64,000 bases of DNA from Eledone cirrhosa (GCA_964016885.1 OZ024753.1:20212001-20276000), one strand, 5' to 3'; shown: positions 42,345 through 62,339, counted from the stretch's first letter. Program-made: numbers and translations. Notes: generated by a model not told the origin, from the letters alone.

Positions 42345-44041
42345 TAGTGATAAGGCAAATAACCCTACTATTAATCATAATTACGATAAAAAATCTAACT
42401 TAAACTCTAAAACTAACAGAAAAAATAGAACTAGAAATATTATTTGGTATTCACCTCCATTCTCATTAAGTGTTAAAACACCTTTAGCAAAGCAATTCTT
42501 TAAAGTACTAGATAAATGTTTTCCTAAAGCCCATAGATACCACTCAATCTTTAACAGACATACAATAAAACTATCTTACTCTACTACTATGAACATAGCA
42601 CAAAATATAAATAGAATCAATAATATAAATTTAAACCATAACCAACATAGAAGTAATATCTCTAGCAATATCCAACATAATAGTACCGTTCCGAATAACA
42701 TCAACACCGCTAAATGCAACTGTGGAATTAAATTAAACTGTCCTTTTAAAAATAAGTGCTTAGATAAGGACGTGGTCTATAAATGCACAGTCAAAACCAG
42801 TGATAATATATTTAACTATGTAGGTTCAACTTCTACAGACTTTAAAAGTCGCTGGAATAATCACAAATGCTCTTTCCAAAGACTTGATAAAAAATCTTCA
42901 ACTTCTCTTTCAAACCCGATATGGAATTTAAAATGCAAAAATATGGACTATTCTTTAACTTTGGAAATAATTTCGCAAGCACCTGCGTACCGAAACACAG
43001 CTTTATCTAGATTTTGCAAATTGTGTTGAGGAAATGTTCTTCATACTTAAAAGTAAGAACTCTATTAATGTAAGGACGAATTTATTTAGTTCTTGTAGAC
43101 ATCGCCTAAATTAAACGTTTAAAACTATATATAAATTATAATTACACTTATAATATTTCCACTTATTTCCAAACAATCTTATCCACACTGATTTAATATA
43201 TTGTTATCTCTAAATCATATCTATAATATTTGTTATAATTTCACTTCTTAAAGTTTCTTAAAATATATACAAATATGATCCTAATTTTTAAATTTTAATT
43301 TCTAATTTTAATTTTAATATATTTTTTAATTCTTTATTTTATTTTTTATTTTTTATTTTTTATTTTTTTATTTTTTATTTTTTATTTTTTATTTTTTATT
43401 TTTTATTTTTTATTTTTTATTTTTTATTTTTTATTTTTTATTTTTTATTTTTTATTTTTTATTTCTTAAATTTTTCATACTTTTTTAAAAATTACTTATT
43501 TTTTTTAAATTTCTTATCTTATAAATTATTTTTTAATAAAAATTTTTCCCGAATTTTTAATATTTTTTAATATAGTACAGGTATGTCCCACTGCGGGCTA
43601 TGTGATCTTGAGCTAATGTATATCCTCAAAAATGTAAAAAGGCTACTTAACAATAAGTTAGAAAGATCTATCTTCTGCAGACATAGAATTGCCACTAAAT
43701 TCATAAGATTCAAACCTCCATGAATCGAACCAACACAACATAGCTTTAAATTAGGATACCTACTACCCACAAAAATATACTCATTAAGTATACTATATCC
43801 TTCACAAGTCTATACCACATAATTGTCTGTAAGTACCTCATCTACCCACAAACTTATTCCTTCTCAGCTGCTGCCATCATTTGATCCTAAATCCTAGTTT
43901 TTCTCAAATCACTACTACAATGTAACTTTACCTTCCTTTTGCCATAATTACAATTAGCACGCTTATCTCTTTGCATGTATGTATATTTTTGTACGAGTGT
44001 ATATTGATGTGTATGTATGTGTCTATGTACACATGCATGTG

Positions 44042-44138
<97 letters not shown>

Positions 44139-44850
44139 ATATGCGTATATTACCTCCTTAACCTCTGTATTAACTCAACAACTATTTAGCTTTGACAGTG
44201 TTGTCCCACTAATGTATGTTATTGAAGATGAAAAGAAAGACTGTAAACACTGGCTTATCTTTATAATTTAAAATTGATACACACTTCGATACTCTGTACA
44301 TGCCAAACTTTTACTTCTGCCTCATGACAACTAGTTTTACACGCCGAAATCTTAGATACACTATACCCCCCACCTAAGTAATGTCAGGGTCTCCTAAAAT
44401 AATTTATTAATAGCGTTGTTGTAATTGTTGTTATTGTTCTAAATGAATGCCATTACTACTTCATATAGTAGCCTGTATATTCTTTTCTTGCCTGTGTATT
44501 CTCTTCATTCTCGCATGCTCCGAAGAACTGACTGGTTATAATTTTGTATTGGCGATCGAGTAACGTGAAAATAAGAGAATAGCGATCTCTAGACCTATCA
44601 GTTCAGAGAAACAATTGTCAGCTATGAGATTAAAAACCTTTTTTGTATAGCAAACCATGTCAACCTTCTTTCCTGATTTATTATTACTCCAAGTGTTTAC
44701 AACATAGGAATTACAGCATACCCGCAGCATCACTATGAAAACGCCTTGTTGAGTCAAACCAAGCCAAGCGTTGATATCATCCACTACCTGGAATACCATG
44801 ACTGGACTATACCTAAGTGGACTGCATTTAACTATTATTTGTTACCCCGT
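42345..44850 (+). mobile_element. PLE family B 3' fragment (GIY-YIG) with long 3' UTR ending in (TA)n
   Basis: RNIIWYSPPFS, CNC..CPF...C, VVY..YVGSTSTDFKSRWNNH; (ttttta)-type run 43335-43463; terminal HHR. Confidence 0.8.
44515..44625 (+). ncRNA. Decayed long-stem-II hammerhead (CCGAAGA)
   Basis: gcu-CCGAAGA-acugacuggu...accuaucagu..-GAAAC-aauu-GUC-agc; same position as 16498-16606 relative to a shared terminus. Confidence 0.5.
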
Positions 44851-44883
44851 ATATATATATATATATAGATATATATATGTGTA

Positions 44884-44947
<64 letters not shown>

Positions 44948-44950
<3 letters not shown>

Positions 44951-46381
44951 TGAAACAAAATGAAAACGAAATTTCATTTCTCACTCTTAGTATGGCACTT
45001 ACTTAAATGTAAGTATGCATGTATACGTACATACATATATGTATACAGACGTACAGTAGCATGCACATATATATATATATATACATATATACATACATAT
45101 GCATACAGGTACACATACATATATGCACGTATCAGTTTAGCGGCGCTTATTATAACGTCGCTTTGTTCGTTTGTAAACAAACTGAACAGCCTGAATTTAT
45201 GCCATACGGTGTTAAGGCAACCACGTCACCTTTTTGTTCAACACTGACACAGGAACGATATACTAGTTTCAAGCTTGTTAGCTATCATCAGCACCGTTTA
45301 CCCATCTGCCAGATAGTTGAACGTTCGAAAGTATATACTTTCCTTATGAAAATTAACGGCTGAGCAGCCTAATTTGCATATTGAGTGAGTTAAATCGGTC
45401 AGGCATACCGAAAACGATAAATTGAAACAAAATGAAAACGAAATTTCATTTCTCACTCTTAGTATGGCACTTACTTAAATGTAAGTATGCATGTATACGT
45501 ACATACATATATGTATACAGACGTACAGTAGCATGCACATATATATATATATATACATATATACATACATATGCATACAGGTACACATACATATATGCAC
45601 GTATCATATATGGGTAAACGGTGCTGATGATAGCTAACAAGCTTGAAACTAGTACATCGTTCCTGTGTCAGTGTTGAACAAAAAGGTGACGTGGTTGCCT
45701 TAACACCGTATGGCATAAATTCAGGCTGTTCAGTTTGTTTACAAACGAACAAAGCGACGTTATAATAAGCGCCGCTAAACTGATACGTGCATATATGTAT
45801 GTGTACCTGTATGCATATGTATGTATATATGTATATATATATATATATGTGCATGCTACTGTACGTCTGTATACATATATGTATGTACGTATACATGCAT
45901 ACTTACATTTAAGTAAGTGCCATACTAAGAGTGAGAAATGAAATTTCGTTTTCATTTTGTTTCAATTTATCGTTTTCGGTATGCCTGACCGATTTAACTC
46001 ACTCAATATGCAAATTAGGCTGCTCAGCCGTTAATTTTCATACGGAAAGTATATACTTTCGAACGTTCAACTATCTGGCAGATGGGTAAACGGTGCTGAT
46101 GATAGCTAACAAGCTTGAAACTAGTACATCGTTCCTGTGTCAGTGTTGAACAAAAAGGTGACGTGGTTGCCTTAACACCGTATGGCATAAATTCAGGCTG
46201 TTCAGTTTGTTTACAAACGAACAAAGCGACGTTATAATAAGCGCCGCTAAACTGATACGTGCATATATGTATGTGTACCTGTATGCATATATGTATGTAT
46301 ATATGTATATATATATATATATGTGCATGCTACTGTACGTCTGTATACATATATGTATGTACGTATACATGCATACTTACA
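44948..46381. mobile_element. Retrozyme-like array, 472-bp unit, about 3 units, inverted near 45606
   Basis: Unit recurs at 44951/45423 and 45624/46096; HHRs at 45254-45298(-), 45617-45661(+), 46089-46133(+); flanked by (TA)n. Confidence 0.9.
45617..45661 (+). ncRNA. Type I hammerhead (representative of the 472-bp family)
   Basis: aacggug-CUGAUGA-u-agcu-aaca-agcu-u-GAAAC-ua-GUA-caucguu. Confidence 0.9.
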
Positions 46382-46410
46382 TATAAATATATATATATAT
46401 ATATATAATA

Positions 46411-46835
46411 ATATATAAGATCAAAAGATGGTTAAAAGAGTTCCATGTATTTTATTATGCGCATTTCAAGAACAAATATCATCATGCAATAACATTTGCG
46501 TTTTCGTCAGATAAAATAGGGAGACATGATATGAAGGTTAAACCACACTTGTGAATAGTGCAGTTTAAAATCAACATATGTTGATTTAAAACTGCACTAT
46601 TCACAAGTGTGTTTTACCCTTCATATCATGTCTCCCTATTTTATCTGACGAAAACGCAAATGTTATTGCATGATGATATTTGTTTTTGAAATGCGCATAA
46701 TAAAATACATGGAACTCTTTTAACCATCTTTTGATCTTATATATTATTATTTATATTCCAATCCTACAAACTGTAGAGTGCTACTTATCCGATATCGGCA
46801 TTGCTTTATTGTACTACAATAAAACTCACCTCCTA
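46411..46835. mobile_element. ORF-less foldback (centre about 46576) with one HHR per arm and about 90-nt tail
   Basis: 46411-46745 is a near-perfect palindrome; HHRs at 46449-46517(-) and 46638-46706(+). Confidence 0.85.
46638..46706 (+). ncRNA. Type I hammerhead, extended stem II
   Basis: auuuuau-CUGACGA-aaac.caaauguuauu/gaugauauuug.uuuu-GAAAU-gcgc-AUA-auaaaau. Confidence 0.8.
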
Positions 46836-47926
<1,091 letters not shown>

Positions 47927-47931
47927 TTGAA

Positions 47932-49640
47932 ATGTCCCCAGATGTATGTGACAGCACGGAAGACCTCCTCAGCAGAATCGGCGTGAGTAATCGATCTAGG
48001 GACCTAGCAAACTGCATAATAGGTATTAAGGATGTTGTGTCCCTGTATCCATCTATTGACGTGGATTTTGCTGTGGAGAAATGCGTAGAAATGATCAGTG
48101 AGAGCAAGGATGTGTTCCGTGGGATTGATACCAGTGAGCTGGGACTCCTAATTAAGCTTACCTATAGTAATAGTTACCTAGACACTTATGACCTTAGCAA
48201 CCTGTGCCCTACAAGACCAACAAGAGGCAGCCCTCCTACCATTACCTCAATGGCCAAGAAAACCCACACAGATAGATGGAACGGGTGGACCAGAGCCATA
48301 CGGACACCCGAAAACCACGATGAACTGAAGAAAATGATTGCACATGCGGTAGGGGCCAGCATAAAACTAACCCTTAAGGAACATATGTTCAAATTTAATG
48401 GAAAATCATATGCCCAAGAGGAAGGAGCAGCCATTGGTGTTAGCATTGCAGGCGACATAGCTAACTTATTCATGGTATGGTGGGACAGTAGACTTAAACT
48501 TAAACTTAAAGAACAATTAGAAGACCCCTTAACCCTGATAATGTACTCCCGCTACGTAGATGATATAAACATCGTAGTTAAGACACCCCCACTAGAGAAC
48601 AGTCAGGAATTAGAGACAAACACAATGGAAAGCATCCAGCAAATAGCAAACTCCATCCATCAGAGCATTAGAGTTACTATAGACTACCCAAGTAGACACC
48701 CCAACCATCGATTACCTGTACTAGACACAGAGCTCTGGTTAGATACCGTTAACAACAAAAAACAAATCCTCCATTCCCATTATGCCAAACCCATGACTTC
48801 CAAACATCTGATGCACCGAAACTCGGCCATATCGGACCATACCAAAATCAACATACTGATTGCGGATTTGGTACGGGTGATGAGAAATGTTTCCCGCATG
48901 TGCAACCCCGAAGAACTAGAGAGACACATACAACACTTCATCCACCGTATGCAGTTCTCTGGCTACAATCCCGAGAGATAGAATCAGAGTGTATAGAGGA
49001 GCCAGAACCAAATGGGAAAAAATGGTAAATAATGACATAAATGGGACCTGCCCCTTGTATAGGAGCAAATTTTGGAATAGAATAGAAAGAACTAGGAACA
49101 AGGCTAATAGAATAAACTCATGGTTTGATAGCAATAAATACCAGAGTGTAATGTTCATCGATACAACCCCTAGAGGTGAACTAGCTTACAAACTTAGAAG
49201 GGCCCTAAATAAACATAAATTCAATATTAAGATAGTAGAAAGACCAGGTACCTCCGTAAAAACACTTATTAGCAAGACATACCCTTTTCAAAGACCCTCA
49301 TGTATAGATAAGAAATGTGTAACCTGTAAAATAAGCCCCCATATTAACTGTAAAACTAGAAATGTAGTGTATAGCATAAGATATGCTGAAGGACAATGTA
49401 GAGACAAAAATATAGTGTACATAGGTGAGACAGCTCGTAGTGTAGGGGAACGGATAAATGAACACTGGCGAGACCTTCAAGATAATAAAGAATCATCTGT
49501 ACTCTACCAACATGCTAAGATAGAACACAAGGGTAAATTAGAGAACATAGAAATAAAAATAGAATTTACACACAGAAAAGACGCAATGTTTAGCAAATTA
49601 CAGAGGCAATAAACATAAAAGAATTACAACCAAAATTAAA
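47932..49640 (+). pseudogene. PLE RT plus GIY-YIG, frameshifts near 48975 and 49595
   Basis: [51 protein letters not shown]...YIGETARSVGERINEH. Confidence 0.93.
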
Positions 49641-49883
49641 TAGAAAATATGAGTGGAACAGCAACATCACAACTTACAATTAAGGACAAAATGAAAACAC
49701 ACACACACATAGAACAAACAACCAACCAGTAACATGTAAATAAACAAATAAATAAATGAACATAAACACACACAGACACCCGGATGTGGCGCATGCGCAG
49801 ACTGAGCACACAACACACACACAGAAACAAAATGGCGTAGGACAGAACAAAGGAGAGGCACAGAAACAAAGAAAGGAATCCCC

Positions 49884-49928
49884 AGTCACTGAAGAGGTCA
49901 CAGAGTGTGTGACGAAAGAACTATGACT
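49884..49928 (+). ncRNA. Type I hammerhead in PLE pLTR
   Basis: aguca-CUGAAGA-g-gucaca-gagug-ugugac-GAAAG-aa-CUA-ugacu. Confidence 0.85.
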
Positions 49929-50116
49929 ATATATAAACAACTATCTGGTTGTTTAACCAACCAACAAACCAGAAATTTATAAATTTGTAAATTTATAAAT
50001 ATATAATAAATTGAAGTGAAAGCAACTGGTGCGTGTGTTTCTTATTGGCAACATGACCCTCCCAAAGTAAAACAATATCGGTTTCAACACACGATTTCAG
50101 ATAAAGAATCTTGCTA

Positions 50117-50152
<36 letters not shown>

Positions 50153-50157
<5 letters not shown>

Positions 50158-51099
50158 TAAATGAATCAAAGTTCAGTTTAAATCATTTATTTGCTTACAA
50201 TTGTTTCTTCCAAACCGAGGTTTGGAGTCTCCGGAGCAATTATTTAGTGATTTTTTACATACTTGACCTCCTTTTCAACACAAGAGACATATAGAAACAT
50301 ATGTATATATTGACCCACAGTAGGTTGACATCCATTATAATAATATAACATGGCAATTTACATACAAAGATTACAGTCATATTAAAGGACAAAATTAAAG
50401 TTAAAATTAAAATTAAAATTAAAATTAAAATTAAAATTAAAATTAAAATTAAATTAAAACATTGGCAGTTTACGAAGATAAAGCAAGAGTACACAGTAAT
50501 GTTAGGATGGCCCTGAACAAGGATATCAAAATCTTGGAGTAGTCAGTGTATGCAACAGTCTCACGTGAGGCATGCACGCGCGTCCTATTTATACAAGGTT
50601 ATAGTGCGGCAGATTGTTACTCCAAACATTCCTCTTGCTTTATCTTCGTAAACTGCCAATGTTTTATTTTTATTTTTATTTTAATTTTAACTTTAATTTT
50701 GTCCTTTAATATGACTGTAATCTTTGTATATAAATTGCCATGCATAATTATTATAATGGATGTCAACCCACTGTGGGTCAATATATACATATGTTTCTAT
50801 ATGTCTCTTGTGTTGAAAAGGAGGTCAAGTATGTAAAAAATCACTAAATAATTGCTCTGAAGACTTCAAACCTCGGTTTGGAAGAAACAATTGTAAGTAA
50901 ATAAATGATTTAAACTGAACTTTGATTCATGTAATTTCGATATAACTGCTCTGTAAAACAACTGATGTTGTTACATTGAGCTATTTATCTTACTGGTAAT
51001 AAGATAGTAATAAATTACTGTCTTACACTATTTAGGGTTTAAAATATATATAACTATAAAAGGTTTTAGTATATACATAACCATAAATAGTATCCTTAA

Positions 51100-51102
<3 letters not shown>
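50153..51102. mobile_element. ORF-less foldback (arms 50153-50489 and 50632-50938) with HHRs and about 165-nt tail
   Basis: Diverged inverted arms; HHR intact at 50852-50900(+), mutated (CCGGAGA) at 50191-50239(-). Confidence 0.85.
50852..50900 (+). ncRNA. Type I hammerhead
   Basis: uugcu-CUGAAGA-cuucaaacc-uc-gguuuggaa-GAAAC-aauu-GUA-aguaa. Confidence 0.8.
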
Positions 51103-54524
<3,422 letters not shown>

Positions 54525-55110
54525 TATTGTTATACTTTGGTAGGGTCATGTTGCCAATAAGAAACACACGCACCAGCTGCTTTCACTTCAATTTAATTTA
54601 ATATATATTTATAAATTTACAAATTTATAAATTTCTGGTTGGTTGGTTGGTTCCACAACCAGATAGTTGTTTATATATATATAGTCATAGTTCTTTCGTC
54701 ACACACTCTGTGACCTCTTCAGTGACTGGGGATTTCTTTCTTCGTTTCTGTGCCTTTCCTTTCTTCTATCCTACGCCATTTTGTTTGTGTGCTACACACA
54801 CAAACAAAATGGCGTAGGATAGAAGAAAGGAAAGGCACAGAAACGAAGAAAGAAATCCCCAGTCACTGAAGAGGTCACAGAGTGTGTGACGAAAGAACTA
54901 TGACTATATATATATAAACAACTATCTGGTTGTGGAACCAACCAACCAACCAGAAATTTATAAATTTGTAAATTTATAAATATATATTAAATTAAATTGA
55001 AGTGAAAGCAACTGGTGCGTGTGTTTCTTATTGGCAACATGACCCTACCAAAGTATAACAATATCGGTTTCAACACACGATTTCAGATAAATAATCTTGC
55101 TAAACAAATT
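54525..55110. mobile_element. ORF-less foldback made of two inverted family-A pLTRs, with HHRs at 54683-54727(-) and 54861-54905(+)
   Basis: Palindrome centred near 54794; arms match 49820-50077; right arm has the same tail as 50078-50123. Confidence 0.92.
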
Positions 55111-55117
55111 CAGAAAC

Positions 55118-55198
<81 letters not shown>

Positions 55199-55210
55199 TA
55201 TATATATATG

Positions 55211-55251
<41 letters not shown>

Positions 55252-55265
55252 ATATATATATATAC

Positions 55266-55328
<63 letters not shown>

Positions 55329-55503
55329 TATATGTATGTATATATATATATACATATATATATGTATATATGTATGTATATATATATATATATAAATGTA
55401 TGTAACAATCAGAGCTATATATCATAAAACATGTCTATTAGCCATTTTGAAATGAATTCTTGGCGTGATCGTTTTGGAAAATTTAATGTCTAGATATGAG
55501 CGA

Positions 55504-55591
55504 GCTTCCTGAAGAATCCGGCGCTCGAGTTTATATAATTATTACATAATTATTGGATAACTCAAAACACGGACGAAACCATGGTAGAGGT
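55504..55591 (+). ncRNA. Type I hammerhead with long stem II in a 460-bp TA-flanked insert (55395-55850)
   Basis: gcuuc-CUGAAGA-a-uccg..gaguu...aacuc..cgga-c-GAAAC-caug-GUA-gaggu. Confidence 0.75.
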
Positions 55592-55847
55592 ATTTAAGTG
55601 TATTCTATTTTCTCCTAGTTTATTTTAAACCTAATTCTGCTTAGTTGACTGTATCTAGGCGATTACGCTCTCGAAATATTCGATAAATATTCCACTACGG
55701 CCGACGCGAAGCGCTAGTTTTGGTTATTTGTTGGAGATCCCTTCATAGAAGCCTCATTCGTATAGCCTGGTCTATCCGATTTTTTATATAGTTAATTGGG
55801 AGAGGAAATAGTATATATTTTATCTTGTGATTCTATAGACATATTTT

Positions 55848-55931
<84 letters not shown>

Positions 55932-55943
55932 CATACATATATA

Positions 55944-56247
<304 letters not shown>

Positions 56248-56264
56248 TATATATATATATATAT

Positions 56265-57672
56265 AAATTAATAAAAATAATGAATAAAAACAAAGAAACA
56301 GTTCCTTATATTAAAAAATTCATCCTTTTACAATCGTTTCTAGGATATATATGTGTTGGTATGTATATAATATAGATCTATATAAAAATTTTACAAACTA
56401 TCAGAGTGAATATACATACCTACACATATATATGCTGTCTTCAGAAATAATGATATTTGTTTATTGAAAAAAAAAAAAAAAATGGGGGGGGGGGGTAAAT
56501 GTATTAGTGAGAAATAACAAACTTATATAGACTACAAGGAATTTAGATTCATTACAGGAAATTAAAATAGTTTGTATTTATACTTATAGGTATTAATTTT
56601 AGGAAAAGGGAAATAAAATTATGAAGTTCTCAGTAGTAAAATACTAATTATAGGTTAACTAAATTTAAAAAAAAACAAAAAACTAATTATAATAATTTGT
56701 AAATAAAAGTGTATATTAATTAGGTTTATAATATTTGAAAGTTCTTCTAATTCTATGATTGCAAGATATAATTAATTATTGTCTCTTATTTAATAGGATA
56801 TCCTTAGATTTCATTATTTCAAAAAGTTCCTGGGAACATAATCTACACTCATATCAATTATTTTGATAAGGGGTGGCTCTTTTGAGCACACTCCAGGTCA
56901 GGTTATAATCGATATTCTTTTTTCTATAATTATTAATTATTTCAGCCAAGGATGTTGTATTAGTTAATGCAGCATTTTTAAAACTGTGATTGTGGGTATT
57001 AAATCTTACTTTAAATTGGTTAGAAGTAGCTCCTATATATGAATAAGTTGAGTCCTTAGTGCTAATTTTACATTTATATACTATGTTATTAATAAGGCAA
57101 TTTCCTTTTAATGGGCAATTTGCTTTGTTTCTACAGTTACAACCATTCGTGAATATTATATCATGGGAGTTAGTCAAATTAGGTGTGGAATTTACTCGAC
57201 TTGTTGTATGTGAAGGAGATGGTGGTTTGCTGCGGTTTATTTTAGTATTATGGTTAGTTTGATGTGTTGGTGGTATATTCGTGGTTTTTTTACATTTATA
57301 TGCATTGTAGGCACTTATTGGTGGTATATTCGTGGTTTTTTTACATTTATATGCATTGTAGGCACTTATATTTTGTTGTATTTTTTGGTAGTGGAGTAGT
57401 AAAATTTGACCGTTGATCTATTTAAAATTTGATGGTATTTATGGTTTGGTGGGAAGTTTTTCTCTAGGATAGTAACAACATTTTTAGGGATATTATCTTT
57501 AATTTGTAGATTAAATGGAACATTATACCAAGTAATTCGTCTATTACGGTTTCGATGCTGTTTTTTTATTTTTATACCATGTATCCTGATGTTTACTAAG
57601 AGAGTTAGTATTAGTGAATTTATTATACATATGTTTAGTTAGATTCACTGATTTAGGTGTTTTAGTCTGATT
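56265..57672 (-). mobile_element. PLE family B-type 3' fragment between (TA)n fields
   Basis: CNCRNKANCPLKGNC, IVY..YIGATSNQFKVRFNTH (56854-57177); terminal HHR. Confidence 0.85.
56321..56452 (-). ncRNA. Hammerhead with about 95-nt stem II
   Basis: cauuauuu-CUGAAGA-..auauauaugugu.gguauguauau...auauacauacc.acacauauauau..-GAAAC-gauu-GUA-aaaggaug. Confidence 0.7.
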
Positions 57673-60107
<2,435 letters not shown>

Positions 60108-60109
<2 letters not shown>

Positions 60110-61478
60110 ATTCCTCATGAAAAATTAAGCTACCCTAAAAGCTGATGCTCCAAATATTTTGAATAAACCTTACACTAGATAAACCTCTATATTAAATATA
60201 AGTACACATGTAGACCATTTTGGGCATCATAAACTTTTTGAAATGATCTTGGCTAGATGTGATTTGATGGATAATTTTTGGCTTTGTTTGTTTTTCGACT
60301 CTGATGCTTATAATGAACTTGGCAATATATTGTCAACTAATTTTGAGAGGTTGATCTTTGTGGTTTATTTCTATTTTTTATTATTGTAGTATTTTCTAAT
60401 ATTTTTTATTTTTATTTTTAATATCTTTAATATGTAATTTTTTTAATATGTAATATTTTTAATATGTAATATTCTTTCGTAATATTTTTATTTTTTTAGT
60501 TTTCTATTTTATTATTACTTATTATCATTATTGTTATTTTTTATTTTTTTAGTTTTGTTTCTGATATATATTTTTATTAGTATATTGAAATCTGCTCTCT
60601 ATTTCTGCTTGATAGATAATCTTGTAGAGTAAAGACAGGAATAATAATACACATATTTGTATCCTCAAAGTTTTATACCACATTGAGAATGTTTTCCGTG
60701 AACTTAGAGTTTGTAGAGTTGATCATGTGGATTCACATGTTTGTATATATCACATAAACATATGAATTTTTTAAAAAACTAAACATAAGATAATTAATTT
60801 TCACACACTATGGATACATGTCTCATTCAGGAATACTGATATTTACAATATAGTGGAAGTTTTATAAATACTAATACATTAAAACATAGGGTTTTTTACG
60901 CCTCGAATATATCTGGCTATTTTTTAAATTTTTTCTCTCGCTATTTTTTTTTCTCTCTCTATATTCTTTCTCTCTCTATATATCTCCCTTACATTAATAC
61001 TAGAGCTAAATAAATAAATAAATAAATAAATAAATGTACCATTGATACATTTACTCAACTGACCTCCCACTACCTAATTTTCTATATATATATATGTATC
61101 TATCTCTATTTCCTCTCTCTCTCTATATATATATCCCTTTCTGTTTCTTTACATGAAGCTCTTCTCCTTATCTATCTCTCCATCTCTCTACTTTGTTCCA
61201 TGCATTTCTTCTTTTTCTTCCTTTTCTTCGTTTTCTGTCTTTCTTTCTTCTTTCTCTCTTTCTTTCTCTCTGTGTAAAATTTTTTCACTGCCAGCTCAAC
61301 CTCTCCAAATGCAAGTCGGTGTTGTTACGGTATGTCGAATCTATTTATCTATAAAACTGTTTATATTGTATTTTGTCTGAGAAAAGCATAGCATATTGTT
61401 AATATGATATCCCCGAAATATATATAATGAAATAAATATGGTTTTATAAATATAGTTTCCATTTATTTAATATTGTAT
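60108..61478 (+). mobile_element. Solo diverged copy of the family-B 3' UTR/pLTR; decayed HHR at 61369-61434
   Basis: Colinear with 22458-23919; HHR core reads CTGAGA (1-nt loss). Confidence 0.8.
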
Positions 61479-61487
61479 ATATATATA

Positions 61488-62194
61488 TATAATCAAGGTT
61501 TAGCAAATAAGAAAAAGTTTCAAAATAAATTTTAAAAAATTAACTTTACTCACCATGGTTACCTTTACCGAATCGGTTTCGAGTCTCAAAAATAAACGGA
61601 CAGTCCTTACGGCATCCGTTGCAAAGCTAAACTCTCGTCAGAAGGATCTTTTCACTCGGAGAATATAAAATTCCCGAGTTCAAATTACGAACTGGCGCTA
61701 TTCAAAATTGTTCCCGAGATGAGAATAAATGATGTGGGAGCAATTCCTTCAAGTGCCGTGTGTAAAGATAGAAGCAAAGACAGGGAGGTCAGTTTACTAC
61801 CACAATAACTAGCAGCAGTCAGAACGACCAAATTTTCTTCTCGACCAAGAGGAGAATAATAATAATGTATATATATCCCTACACGCACAAAGCACTTAGG
61901 GAAACATGTATTGTCCAACCATATACCAATGTGGTTCAATGGCAGGTTAATAAATTAACGAGCCAGAACATATATAATCAAGGTTTAGCAAATAAGAAAA
62001 AGTTTAAAAATAAATTTTAAAAAATTAACTTTACTCACTATGGTTACCTTTACCGAATCGGTTTCGAGTCACAAAAATAAACGGACAGTCCTTACGACAT
62101 CCGTTGCAAAGATAAACTCTCGTCAGAAGGATCTTTTCACTCGGAGAATATAACATTCCCGAGTTCAAATTACGAACAGGCGCTATTCAAAATT
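61488..62194 (-). mobile_element. 485-bp direct repeat (about 1.45 units) with an HHR in each copy (61562-61645, 62047-62130)
   Basis: ccuu-CUGACGA-gaguuu..aacgga/uccguu..gagacuc-GAAACCG-auu-CGGUA-aagg; copies start 61491 and 61976. Confidence 0.8.
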
Positions 62195-62339
62195 TAAATT
62201 TAATCTCCCTCATTTAAAAGCTTTCAGTATGTTTATCTATAAAAATTTTCAAGGAAAAAATGTTTTAAGGAGTCAAATGAAGGAATCTAATGATTTATCG
62301 ATAGGTTCAATAGATTTAATAGAATGAGTTATATATTAC

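Noticed and set aside
43015-43035. TGA after FCKLC as possible selenocysteine codon
   Set aside because: Better explained by a frameshift; homologues read CxLCxEE here
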